Below are positions 24,591 to 36,691 of a stretch of DNA of 64,000 nt, piece by piece; positions within the stretch are counted from its first letter, which is position 1, and the number at the start of each line of letters is the position of its first letter. The position numbers were made by a program, and so were the translations under genes. The notes under the pieces are model-generated. The model was not told the origin of the DNA. It saw only the letters and a program-made list of their open reading frames with translations, and made no database searches. This stretch comes from Eledone cirrhosa (Eukaryota): contig OZ024748.1 in assembly GCA_964016885.1 (NCBI GenBank), positions 44,392,001 through 44,456,000 on the forward strand, read 5' to 3'.

Positions 24591-27011
24591 ATGTCTTTTA
24601 AAACAGAAAAACCTTTCCTACAGACATTCCCAACTGCAAGTAACTTTGTACGGAACTCAGACCCAACGTCAATCACAGTTGGTCAACTGAATTATATCCA
24701 GCAACCTTCACAGCGTTCACCAACACAGTTCCCGCAAATTGATGTTACGCAGTTTGATTTTGCTCAGCAGACCCACATAATCCAAAGCCCAGATGCAAGT
24801 CACTTGATGTTTATTCCACAGCAAACGACTGGGGTTGATGCTGCAACTATCCAATTCCCCACGCAACAAACTCTCAAGTTAGATATGCAGTTCCCACATC
24901 AAATAGACTTAAAGTCTGAATTCTCTGAGCAGCTAGATACAGTAGCTGTGCAGCAGTTGTCTTACCCAGTTCAAATAAAAAATGAGCCTGAGGTCATAAA
25001 CAATCTGAGTTCCGTTGTGAAACAAGAACAAATTGACTTCAGCGATATGGTAAAGAGTGAGAAGCCAGATTTAGATTTTGACCAGTTAAGTAAACAACAG
25101 CTTGACTTTAACCAAACTGTTGGTGTCGATGATAATAATAAAGTTCAAACAATGAACCAGTTTGGATTTACACAATCATTGGGAGATTCTGAACAAATGG
25201 AACTCTTACAGAATAATGAAAATAAGTTGGAACAATTAAATTTTAACGAACCTGTGAAACTGAAAACTGAACAGTTAGATTTTGTTTCACAGGTAAACAG
25301 TTCATTGGCAGCTCACTGCCAGGTGGATTTTGGTTCACAAGAGCAAACTAAAACTATGTCTTTGAATTTCCAGACCCAACAGCAGCAGCATTTAATTGAA
25401 CCCAAAATTGAAGATATAGGTTTTTCGCAAACAATTCAACAAATTCCCCAACATCAAAACCAAATTGACTTTAACCAATCAATTGATACAAACACTGCCA
25501 GACAGTTGGAATTTGGTCAACAGCCACCTCCTCCTCATCCACATCACCATCCTCCTCATCATCATCATCATCATCATCACCACCAACGCATGGTAGCAGA
25601 TATAAATGCTGGTCAACCGCCTGGATTCACTCAGCTTCTGGAAAATAAAGGCGAACAGCTTCAAGGAAAGTTATTAGTGTGCAAGCACTGCCAAAAAACA
25701 TTTTACAGTTCTGAAGAACTGCAACAACACACAAAACTACAACATCCTTCTGACAGTGAAAACCTGAATAACAGTCGGTGTAGTAGTAGTAGTAGTAGTA
25801 GTGCTAACACAGTTGGTGGTGCTTGTACTACAAATAGTAGCGGTGAGAAGCGCTACACCTGTGAGTATTGCAAGAAAACTTTGTCTCGACTGTATGGGCT
25901 GACCCAGCACATCAAAACCCAGCACAATCGAGATAAGTTATACCAGTGTCAACATTGTGAAAAGACAGCCACCTGCTTCAGTGAATTAAGAGAACACACT
26001 CGGTCGCACAAAGTAAATTCTTTTGAGTGCAAATATTGTAAAAAGAAATTTCCTCGCACATACAACTTAACACTACACATCCGCACTCATACTGGTGAGA
26101 AGCCTTTCAGCTGTTCTTTCTGTGACAAAACATTTGCTCGTAGCAGTAATTTGGTTGTTCATCAGAGAACTCATACAGGGGAACAGCCCTTTCAGTGTAA
26201 AAGCTGTAAAAAATCCTTTTCATATTCGAAGCAACTTAAGAAACACACCCTCACCTGTAAACCGGCACTACCCCCAACTCCAGCAGCTCTCATGTGTGAT
26301 GGCAACACTGCATTATTATACAATGGCAGTGTCTTAACAGAGAACGGTCTTGGGCCAGTGCCTAATCCTATCAACACCTGTGATATCAATTCTTCAATAT
26401 CAAATGATATCAATTTAGTCTCCACAGCATCTTCTGGCGTTACTAGCACGAGTATTGCAGTCAAACTACCCACCAACTGCAACCTTACAAACAGCGTGTC
26501 GATACCAACGCCGTACCCAGATCAAACAAACGTTGACACGAAGCCTGTTGTGATTAGTTTAAATAGAACAAACCATCAAGTTGAACCGTTTGGCAGCAAT
26601 AACGGCAACACAGTCGTCAACAGTGGCGCTGCTAACTCTAACCATCTTCCTAATCCAAATTCAAATGAGATACAAGTGAAACAAGAATTCGCCAACCTTT
26701 ACCCTGCAAATCAAGTTCCACCTCAACAATTTTGTACTTACAATGGCCAGTCGTACCACTACAGGAAACAAGAAGCTTTCCTCAGCAATGTTGATTCACA
26801 ACAGCAGCAGCAGCAGCAGCAGCAGCAACAGCAACAGCAACAACAGCAGCAGCAACAACAACAACAGCAGCAGCAGCCTTATTATGCCCAGGATACTATG
26901 GTTATGCGACAGGATTACATCAGCAATAATCAAATGTATGCACCCCCTCAGCCCTACACTAACCCTACCCCCCCTAATCAAGAGGAGATGATTACGTATA
27001 TAAATTTATAA
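24591..27011 (+). CDS. C2H2 zinc-finger transcription factor, 806 aa (5 C2H2 + 1 C2HC finger; Q-rich N-terminus, polyH, polyS, ~26-residue polyQ)
   Basis: Long uninterrupted, non-microsatellite ORF. Fingers CKHC..HTKLQH, CEYC..HIKTQH, CQHC..HTRSH, CKYC..HIRTH, CSFC..HQRTH, CKSC..HTLTC, with HTGEKPF and HTGEQPF linkers. In-frame TAA at 24576 lies just upstream of the ATG. Confidence 0.93.
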   Translation: MSFKTEKPFLQTFPTASNFVRNSDPTSITVGQLNYIQQPSQRSPTQFPQIDVTQFDFAQQTHIIQSPDASHLMFIPQQTTGVDAATIQFPTQQTLKLDMQFPHQIDLKSEFSEQLDTVAVQQLSYPVQIKNEPEVINNLSSVVKQEQIDFSDMVKSEKPDLDFDQLSKQQLDFNQTVGVDDNNKVQTMNQFGFTQSLGDSEQMELLQNNENKLEQLNFNEPVKLKTEQLDFVSQVNSSLAAHCQVDFGSQEQTKTMSLNFQTQQQQHLIEPKIEDIGFSQTIQQIPQHQNQIDFNQSIDTNTARQLEFGQQPPPPHPHHHPPHHHHHHHHHQRMVADINAGQPPGFTQLLENKGEQLQGKLLVCKHCQKTFYSSEELQQHTKLQHPSDSENLNNSRCSSSSSSSANTVGGACTTNSSGEKRYTCEYCKKTLSRLYGLTQHIKTQHNRDKLYQCQHCEKTATCFSELREHTRSHKVNSFECKYCKKKFPRTYNLTLHIRTHTGEKPFSCSFCDKTFARSSNLVVHQRTHTGEQPFQCKSCKKSFSYSKQLKKHTLTCKPALPPTPAALMCDGNTALLYNGSVLTENGLGPVPNPINTCDINSSISNDINLVSTASSGVTSTSIAVKLPTNCNLTNSVSIPTPYPDQTNVDTKPVVISLNRTNHQVEPFGSNNGNTVVNSGAANSNHLPNPNSNEIQVKQEFANLYPANQVPPQQFCTYNGQSYHYRKQEAFLSNVDSQQQQQQQQQQQQQQQQQQQQQQQQQQPYYAQDTMVMRQDYISNNQMYAPPQPYTNPTPPNQEEMITYINL

Positions 27012-27065
27012 CTATTTCCATTTTGAATATTTTAGCAAGTTTAATTTTTTTTTTTTTTTGTAGTG

Positions 27066-27175
<110 letters not shown>

Positions 27176-27910
27176 TCTATCTTTCTCTCTCTGTCATTTT
27201 GGTTTCATTTTTGTTTTTTTTTTGTTTTTTTGAAATATAAGAATTATAAAAAAAGATGCTTTCATATCATTGGGAGATGTCTAGCAAGAAGAAGAAGAAG
27301 AAAAAGATGAAGAAGAAGAAGAAATAATAATAATGATAATGATAATAATAATATTATTAATTGTGACTTATGAAATTTGAAAGAAAATTTAAGGAAAAAA
27401 AACCCTGAAAAAATCAAAGAAGAGAAACTAGAGAGAAAGAGAGACAAGAATATTATTATTATTATTATTATTATTATTGGAAGATATTGGAAACCTGAAA
27501 AAAAAAAGATCCTTTGAGAAGAGGGTGGGGTGGGGGTGGGGGACAAAATTTACAAAACAAACAAAATAATTATTGCAAATGTAAAAAAAAAAAAAAATAC
27601 TGTGTTTTAACAGTATCTTCTATTTGTGATCTGGGCATCTGACATGCCACCCCCAACAAAAAAAAAAGACTTATTTTGGTATCATTTAGCTTTTAACCAA
27701 TATAGAATTTGATTTGTTGTTTTAGTATTATAGTTGTAGTGTTCCCCCTCCCCCCCTTCATTCCCCGATCGTAGAAGTTTGTACAAAGTTTTCGAAAAAG
27801 ATAAAAAAGAAAAAAAATTTCTCCCCCTTTTAGTTGTTGCTGACTGTCATCTGAGAGAGAGAGCTTGCCCCTCACTTTCTCTGCCTATATATATATCAAT
27901 AAGTGGCAAC

Positions 27911-28345
27911 TATCTTTATAAAACCATATTTATTCTATTATATGTATTTCAAGGGTACCAAAACTTTGGTACGCTCTCATCAGATAAAATACAAAGTTTG
28001 TTTTATAAATAGTGACATATCCAGGAATGAGATCTTAACGTCTGATTCCAGTGAATGTCACTATTTATAAAATAAATTTTGTATTTTATCTGATGAGAGC
28101 GTACCAAAGTTTTGGTACCCTTGAAATACATATAATAGAATAAATATGGTTTTATAAAGATAATTTCCATTTATTCTGAGTTCAAATCCCGCCGAGGTTG
28201 ACTTTGCCATTCATCCTTACGGGGTCGATTAAATAAAGTACCAGTAATACACTGGATATTTGCTGGCCTTGTGCCTAAAGTAGAAACAATTAATATCATT
28301 GATATTATACTCCAGAAGAAATATCTGTAGAGTGCTTCGAATCTG

Positions 28346-28348
<3 letters not shown>
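27911..28348. mobile_element. Fold-back Penelope-like element (108-bp arms) + SINE fragment + tail
   Basis: Arms 27911-28018 and 28055-28162. Tail 28296-28348 resembles the tail of the 9394 element. Confidence 0.7.
28082..28142 (+). ncRNA. Minimal type I hammerhead ribozyme (mirror copy on - strand at 27931-27991)
   Basis: tattttat-CTGATGA-gagcgtaccaaagttttggtaccctt-GAAA-tacata-TA|atagaata. Confidence 0.72.
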
Positions 28349-28394
<46 letters not shown>

Positions 28395-28429
28395 ACCCAA
28401 TCCAGTATTATCTTCACACAATGGGTCTT

Positions 28430-28471
<42 letters not shown>

Positions 28472-28551
28472 TGGGTCTCCCCAAAAGTTTGAATCCATAA
28501 ACAAAAACTTTAGTATTAAAAAAAGGTTGTATCACAGTAAATGTATACATA

Positions 28552-28608
<57 letters not shown>

Positions 28609-28663
28609 GTATATATACACGTATATATGTATATATATACGTATATATATATATATATACGTG

Positions 28664-28697
<34 letters not shown>

Positions 28698-28760
28698 CGT
28701 ATATATATATGTATATATACACGTATATATGTATATATAATTATGTATATATATATACGT

Positions 28761-28791
<31 letters not shown>

Positions 28792-29479
28792 CTATATATG
28801 TATATATGTACGTATATATATATATATATATTGAAGGAAAAAAACACACATTTGTGGGTCCAGACTTTTGGAACAGCTTGTATACTTTGAAGGTAGAACT
28901 CAGAGTCTAAACTCAGTGCCTTTAGTTACAGAATAAATAAATAAATGAAAAAGAAGGAAAGACAACTGTGAATTTCAAAACTGAAGGAAGAATCTTCATC
29001 TCTTACATTATCTCCCTTGTCACTCTCATTGGCTTTCTTCCCCATTATATTATTAATCAAAGAAATTGACATTTAATTATTTAATATTAAATTTCTTTAA
29101 CGCCCGCTAGAAATTAGGAAATCAAAATGTGATAGTTATTTCCCTTCTTCTTCTTCTGAACTCTCTTATTACTGAGTGGGTTGTTAGGGCCTGGGTCCTC
29201 AGACATGTTTTCCAGAAGGTTCCATCAGAAGCAACTGTCTCCAAATGATTCAGCTGTAGCTCTAAACAAGACGAACCACGTTTATGGATGTTATCCAACC
29301 ATCTTGCTGGTACTCTACCACTAGGTGTCCTGTTAGCTGGTATCCTTCTGTATTTAATTCAATTATGTTCCTCTTTTTCTGAAGAGGTTGTTGAAGGTCT
29401 CACGTTTCCAATGTAGTCTGTCTCTACACTTATTCTTCTATATAAGAATATGAAATATGTTTCTTCCCCTTTTATATAG

Positions 29480-29762
29480 TGGAGCTGCATGGCCCAGTGG
29501 TAAGCGTATTGGAATTACGATTATAATGTCGTTGGTTCGATTCCTGGACTGGTTTGTGTGTTGTGTTCTTGAGCAAAACACATCATTTCACATTGCTCCA
29601 GTATAACTCAGCTGAAAATGTGTAACAGCATTAGTTGAGGGTTTAACTCTGCAATGGACTGGCATCCTGTCCAGAGGAAAAGTCTTGTACTCTCAGTCAT
29701 TTAACGCCATAGAAACTGGAATAAGGATTGGCCTAATCAGACTCTGGGTTCGAGACAGACTT
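29480..29762 (+). mobile_element. Older CORE-like SINE (family E)
   Basis: tggcccagtgg and ggttcgattcc boxes; homologous to 50713-50993. Confidence 0.75.
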
Positions 29763-30804
29763 TGGACTCCCTAAATTAGAGGAAGATAGTTGTTGTTTCC
29801 TTACCATGTTTGCATGGACAGAGTAGATTATAACACTGTATACTTTCCACTTGTTTCAACTTAAGTATGAGTATCAAAGAATATGATATCCCCATTTTAA
29901 TATTAATTACAATAGAATAAAAAGCATAATGTCTTCCCATCCATGTAAATTAGAGTAAACTAGATATAACCAATATCATTTATTCCTATATGGGCTAAAA
30001 TAAATACAAAATATATCTTCCTGCATTTGCCTTCAGGTCAAGTCATCACTATTTCTATCTTATTAATATATTTTCTCTATATATATTAATATATTTTTCT
30101 CTCTCTATATATATATATATCTTCTCCGTACACACACCCCCGTATTAAATTTAAACATATAATGGAAATTAATTTGGAGAATTGTTGGTGGTGGTCGTGG
30201 TGGGGTTACGTAATCAAAAGAAAAGTAAAACTAAGAATCAAACGAAAGGCTTCCACTGGTGTTGTGAAATCATTGAAACAAGATGTTCAACAAAGTTTAC
30301 ATATTTTCTTTTCAATGGAAATTTAAAAAAAACAAAAAAACAAAAACAAAACAAAAGATTTTAAAAATGAAATTGGATGAAATTTTAATGAAATTTCAAA
30401 TTATGTGTCTTATTAAAAAAAAAATAATAATAATTGTTACCCTGTTTTTTTAACAAAGAGGGAGTCTGTTAAAAGTTTTTCCTGTTCTTATTTTTTTTTC
30501 TTAACTTTTAGTGGGCAACAGAATTACAATTTTTTTTTGATTATGTAATAATTGCAAAGTTGTTTTTAAAAATACTTGATGGCCTTCACTTTTTACACAA
30601 TCTGTGCATTTATATCAAGTTTACAATGTTTGCTATTTCACTTCTACCCCCACCCACAGATTTTTTTTTTTTTTTTTTTCAACAAGTAATTTGTACATAC
30701 AAAATGTAAGCACTCATGCACATACATACATACACACACATACACACACACACGGGGGGAAAAAATATAAATTAAATGAATTATTATTATTATTATTATT
30801 ATTA

Positions 30805-31070
30805 GGGCGGTGGATTGGCAGAATCGGTAGAGCATTGGACACAGTGCTGCGCAGCATTGAGTTACGACCTTTTACGTTCTAAGTTCAAATCCCGCCGAGG
30901 TCAACTTTTGCCTTTTAATCCATACCAGGGGGTCGATAAAATAAGGTACCAGTAACACACTGGGGATGGTCGATATAATTTGACTCCCCCTCTCCCCCTT
31001 TCCCTTCAAATTGCTGGCCTTGTGTGGAAATTATTATTATTGGTCTTGTGCCTATATCAAAAACCATTAT
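30805..31070 (+). mobile_element. SINE family B (Meta-like central domain), (TTA)n-associated
   Basis: ttggcagaatcgg A-box, gttcaaatcc B-box, gaggtcaactttgcc..ggtcgataaaataaggtacc centre. Further fragments near 28175, 36470, 38950, 41000 and 53323. Confidence 0.75.
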
Positions 31071-33417
31071 TGTTGTTATTATTATTATTATTATTATTAA
31101 TTTTTTTTCTTCATAAAAGAATCTCAAATAAGAAAAGATAATCTGTCGGTTCTTTTTCTTCTCACCAAGTATTGCACGTATAAAAAAAAATCTGGTTTTG
31201 TGCCTTGACAAGTTGTCCAGTTTAAGGTCATCTTTTAAAAGAATTTTAAAACTGTTAAAAAAATATATATAAATAAATAAACAATCTTTAGACATCATTT
31301 TTTTTTTCATTTCCTTACCCTCCTCTCCCAGCCTCAAACCTCCAACAATTTGTTTCAAAACAATCAGTGTGTGTTGCCTGACTGGGTTTCATCATGGTGG
31401 ACAATTGTTTCTGTAACTTTCTCCTTTCTCAATCCAAAACATTTCCTCCTCCTCTTACTCCTTCTCATCCTTCTCCTCTGCCTCCTTCTCCTCCTCCTCC
31501 TCTTGTATTTCTTGTTGTTTTCCATTTTTTCCCACAAAATTATAAAATATTATTTTTCAATTTTCAATATTTTTGTAATGGCTTTCAAATCAAATCAATT
31601 CAAATCAAATCAAATCAAATCGAATCAAAGTGAAGTGAAATGAAATGGTTTCTACAAGTGTAGGGAAGCACTGACTGTCGTGCAATAGCTATCAATGCCT
31701 GATAAGGGTTGGTCTATAGTATGTGTACTATTTTTGGCAATGGCCTAGTCCACCTTGGTTTGCCACAAGGAGAGAAACTGAAGAATGTACATTATGTACT
31801 TCTTATCTCAAACTTTCCTCTGGAGAAGGCTTGAGATATGAAAACAAAAACATAAAACATCATTGCAATTTTCCTTAAAATCACATAACAAGGAAGTTTT
31901 TGGTGTCTGTTCTCCAATAAGAAACAATTGTTAGAATGTCAGATTAAAAATATCTCAGAATTTGTTCTGAGGTCAAACCTTGATGAGGTCAGCTTATCTT
32001 CTTTATCCTTTCAAGGTAAATAAATAAAGTACCAGTCATATATTGGTGGTGATTCTTCCTCTACATTACTTTATTACATTCTTACTCCATATCTCTCTCC
32101 CTCTCTCTGGAAGAAATCAACTGCGTCCTATTTCCACCAGGTTTAGAATGCCCAAGACATACCGTATGTATCACGACAGTTCCCTTATGGCTCCATCAAG
32201 CATTAAAGGGTCCCCTAATAAGCTACGAGACATCAAAGTATAAATTAAATCTGTCCTTTGGAGTGAATGTCCCTGGAAAGTCTGTTTGGAATATTCTTAA
32301 GGAAAGAAAGAAATATCTTACCCATATTTTTCAAGTCCGTCACATGTTTTGTAATTGCCATTTCATTTGATCAAGTTTTCAGTATTTATTTCCACTTAAA
32401 AACATCACAGTTCTTAAACACCACAATCCTTAAACACCACAGTCCTTCAACACCACAATCCTTAACCATCACAATCCTTAAACACCACAGTCTTTAAAAT
32501 CACAATCCTTAACCATTACAGTTTAAGGTATCTTTACCTGTGGACAGAACATTGTAAAAATTGACAGTATTAAAGTAAACACTTTATTTTTTTTAGATGA
32601 CATTAGAAATTATTGTTCCATGTACAAACCTCTTAATTAAACACTCAATATTCTATATATCTAACCCTACTAATTACATAATTAACAACAGTATTAATTA
32701 ACCAAACTTCATTAATGGACAATCTTCATCTGACAGTATCATTATTTAATTTTTGATCAACTCTGTTGATTTCTGTATTAAATGGAAAACATTTTTCACA
32801 CCTATATATGTGTGTATGTGTGTGAATATGTAGGTACATATGTCCGTATGTGTATATATATATGTATGTATGTATGTGTGTGTATATGTAGGTATGTATG
32901 TCCGTATGTGTGTATATATGTATGTCCGTGTGTGTGTATATATGTATGTATGCGTGTCCTTGTGTGTTTGTTGATCCTAGAGGTTCATCAAGATTGAGCT
33001 TAACTTGATTCCAGTCTTGTGGGGCATTAAAAGACAGAGTACAAGACTCCCTGGGCTGGAGAAACATAAAGTAAAGTGCCTTGTTTAAGGATAATGCAAT
33101 ACCATAACCACTTGGCTATGTACCCCCAGAAATATATATATAGATAATGTATATATATATATAACGAAGGAGGTGTAGTAAGGAACCAGATGGACCATAA
33201 CACACCAGAGTACTCAATACTTAGGGTAGTAGAGTGGGTAATAGGAAAATGTTTGACAGAAATAGCCGTCGAAACGGGTTGAGCTCTGCCGTCGGGGTCA
33301 AACATTTTCCTATATATATAATATAGGATGGGGCAACTATAAGTAATTACAACAGTGACATATAGAACTCTCCTATATTTTCTAAAATCTCCACGGTTGG
33401 AAGCCATTTTTTCTTTT

Positions 33418-33476
33418 TATGACAGGCTGAATGAGTTGGGGTATATAACCCAACGAAACTTAAATATCTGTACATA
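33418..33476 (+). ncRNA. Hammerhead ribozyme with a one-base core insertion
   Basis: tatgacagg-CTGAATGA-gttggg gtatataa cccaac-GAAA-cttaaa-TA|tctgtacata. Confidence 0.6.
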
Positions 33477-33493
33477 TCACTGTTGTAACTAAT

Positions 33494-33568
<75 letters not shown>

Positions 33569-33650
33569 CTCTACACCTGGACACTGAAGTGAACCTAAAC
33601 ATTGAGTGCTCCTCCTGGTGAACCTACAGTAACTCCATGTTACTCTCCCT

Positions 33651-33689
<39 letters not shown>

Positions 33690-34986
33690 TTCTTCATCTG
33701 TCATGAACTCAGTACTCAGTATAACATAAACTGTTATCACATTGATCTCTGGATGACAAATTTATAGGGCAAAGTCTTATATATATTAATAAAATTAGAT
33801 CTGATATTGTTCGCTCATTATTTTCAATCCTTTTCATGTTATCATCTCTTAAACATTTAAAACAGAAAAGTATTTATTTTCATATACCTTTTATTTATTT
33901 ACATTCTAATCACAGTTGAATTGTACTCACTGCCCTGCTATTTTCCTTTGATATTTCCAATAATGGATGTATTTGTGTACATCCACCATTGAAATGGCTT
34001 CTACAGGAATATATATATATATATATAAATATATATGTATCACTTCCAGGGGTCCCAGAAACCTATCTGAGATTTTTATTGATTATATCGATTTCAATCA
34101 ATAAGAGATGCTCCAGGTTAGTTTGAACCTTTCTGTATCTATCATTGTTATGTTATATTTATGGCCAGTGCCTTTGGTCGGTTTTCTTGGTGTTACATTT
34201 TATTACTGTTGTGTTTACTCTTAACTTTCACACCATTGAGTGCTTTGTGATTGCCTCAAACAAAGTAAATAGTACTTGCTGTATGTCAGCTAAAACTTTG
34301 GTTTATACCTAATATATGTATATATATATATATAAACATTATTGCCTCGAAAATCATTGAGATAAAGCATGAGTGTATTTGAAATTCGTAGGAATAATTT
34401 GAAAATTTAGGGGTATTTTTACCTGACTACATGATGTCATTGATAGCATTTGGCTGTTTTAACAGCTATTCCTTGTGTTTGAGTTTTAAAATTATTCATA
34501 TGAACTTTATATATGTATATATATATATATCTATGATAAAGTTATATCTGTATAAATACAGAGTGTGTAACTGAGACTGCACTTTATATATGTATATATA
34601 TATATAGTGTTCCCCAAAAATGTATACATACCTCAACAGTATTCTAATAAATATTGCTTGTACAGGTAATCGAAGTGTGTATACATATTTTGGGACACCC
34701 TATACTTATATATATTCATTGCTATTATCCCTACACATCACAGAGAAATATTAAAATAAGCTGGGTTGAGAGTTGTTTTGTTTATATTTGAAACCATTTC
34801 ATTTCACTTCACTTTGTAGGTATGGATGGGTAGGGAAGATACTCCCACTCCCCTCCACCCCGTCATCATCTTTTTAAGAGCCTGAACAACAATTGTTATC
34901 ACATCGTATTACTGGGCTAAATCGTATTACTAGGCTAAATCACATAGCTAAATTCATTCACCTCAAATTATAAAAAAAAAATTGGA

Positions 34987-35462
34987 TTAACCCTTTCATG
35001 ACTGCATTTCTAATTAAATACATTCTGCTTCAATTAATTAATGAAGAATTTTGAGGGATTTACTGAAATAATTAATCATTTCATTACTAAGATAATAACT
35101 TAATGTAAGGTTCTTATATAAAATTATGTTGGAAGATTTTAATTTAAATTGGAAACCTTTAAAATCGATGATTTTATTTCATAGAACCAGAGCTGGTTTT
35201 GGCCAGGTTGGTAACTAAAGATTTAACCGATTCATGACAATATTTCTAATGAAATACACTCTATTTTAATTAATTAATGAAGAATTTTGAGGGATTTACT
35301 AAAAGTTTTAATTATTTTGTTGCTAAAATAGTAACTTAATGTCAGGTTCTTATGTAAAATTGTGTTGGAAGATTTTGATATAAATTGGAAACCTTTAAAA
35401 TGGGTAACTTTATTTCATAGAACCAGAGCTGGTTTTGGCCAGGTTGGTAACTTAAGGGTTAA
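34987..35462. mobile_element. Tandem dimer of a piggyBac-like (TTAA) MITE
   Basis: TTAA-ccctt ... TTAA (35223) ... aaggg-TTAA, two ~235-bp units. Related sequence at 110-310 and 46690-47155. Confidence 0.65.
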
Positions 35463-35952
35463 ATAACCATATAGTCATATATATACTCTTTCTCAATTTT
35501 TCACTAAGATCATAATCTATCATTTCCCCCTCTCACTTCCTTTCTCACTCTCTCTCTCTCTTCTGAAAAACATTATGTAAAGGATGTTTGCTATTTCTTG
35601 CTTTCAAAACATATAATCTCTAGCACTGTTTATAATGCAAGCAAAAAGGTAAAAAAAAAAAAAATGTAAGCTGGATTTGTTTTTGTTTTTTTTTCAAAGA
35701 GTGTGTATTTTTTTTTTTTTGTTTTTTATTCTCACCTGTCTTTTAATTTTGAAAAAATTTCAAAGAATTAAAAAAAAGATAAAAAAAAAACAAACTAAGC
35801 ACTGATATCATTAGTTATGAATTGTTGAACATTTAATGGTATATTTTTTATAAATCACAGCTTGTTGGGGATCTCAGTCACATTACATATATACACGCAT
35901 ACACATATGTGTATATATATATAATACATACATACTCAGTACACATACACAC

Positions 35953-35998
<46 letters not shown>

Positions 35999-36041
35999 CA
36001 TACGCATTCAGTACACATACACACATGAATATATATATATA

Positions 36042-36211
36042 CCGTATTTCCCAGCGCCGAAGACACTTCGTCCTCGAGGATGCACCCTAATTTTGACAAT
36101 CAAAAATTTGAAAAAAAAAGTAATAAACAACCTTCGGCCTCCAGGACGCATGGTAGATTTTTGAGACTTATTTTAAGAAAAAGGTAGCATCTTCGACACC
36201 GGGAAATACGG
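36042..36211. mobile_element. pogo/Tigger-like MITE
   Basis: TIR ccgtatttccc / gggaaatacgg in a TA context. Confidence 0.7.
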
Positions 36212-36254
36212 TGTATACATAAACACACACACATATATATATACACACACACAC

Positions 36255-36303
<49 letters not shown>

Positions 36304-36647
36304 CACACACATATATATATACACATATATATATACACATATACATAAATATATTCATTATTTAAAAAAAACGAAATGTCTTTTTCCTATTTTAATTTTT
36401 ATTGTCATTCGCTATATTTGCTGAATTGTGAAAGAATTGGAGAAAATACCTTGTGGTATTTGTTCCAGTTCTTTACATTCTCATTTCAAATCCCGCCGAG
36501 GTCAACTTTGCCTTTTATCTTTACAATGTCAAGTACCAGTCAAATACTGGGGGTCAATTTAATTCTCCAATCCAGCACCTAAATTTCTGGCCTGGTGTCT
36601 TTCTTTTTTTTTTTTTTTTTTTTTTTTAGAAACAATTATTTTTGTTG

Positions 36648-36691
<44 letters not shown>

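Noticed and set aside
29379-29400. Isolated CTGAAGA heptamers (also 7259 and 25711)
   Set aside because: No downstream stem II/GAAA/UH or stem I pairing; expected by chance.
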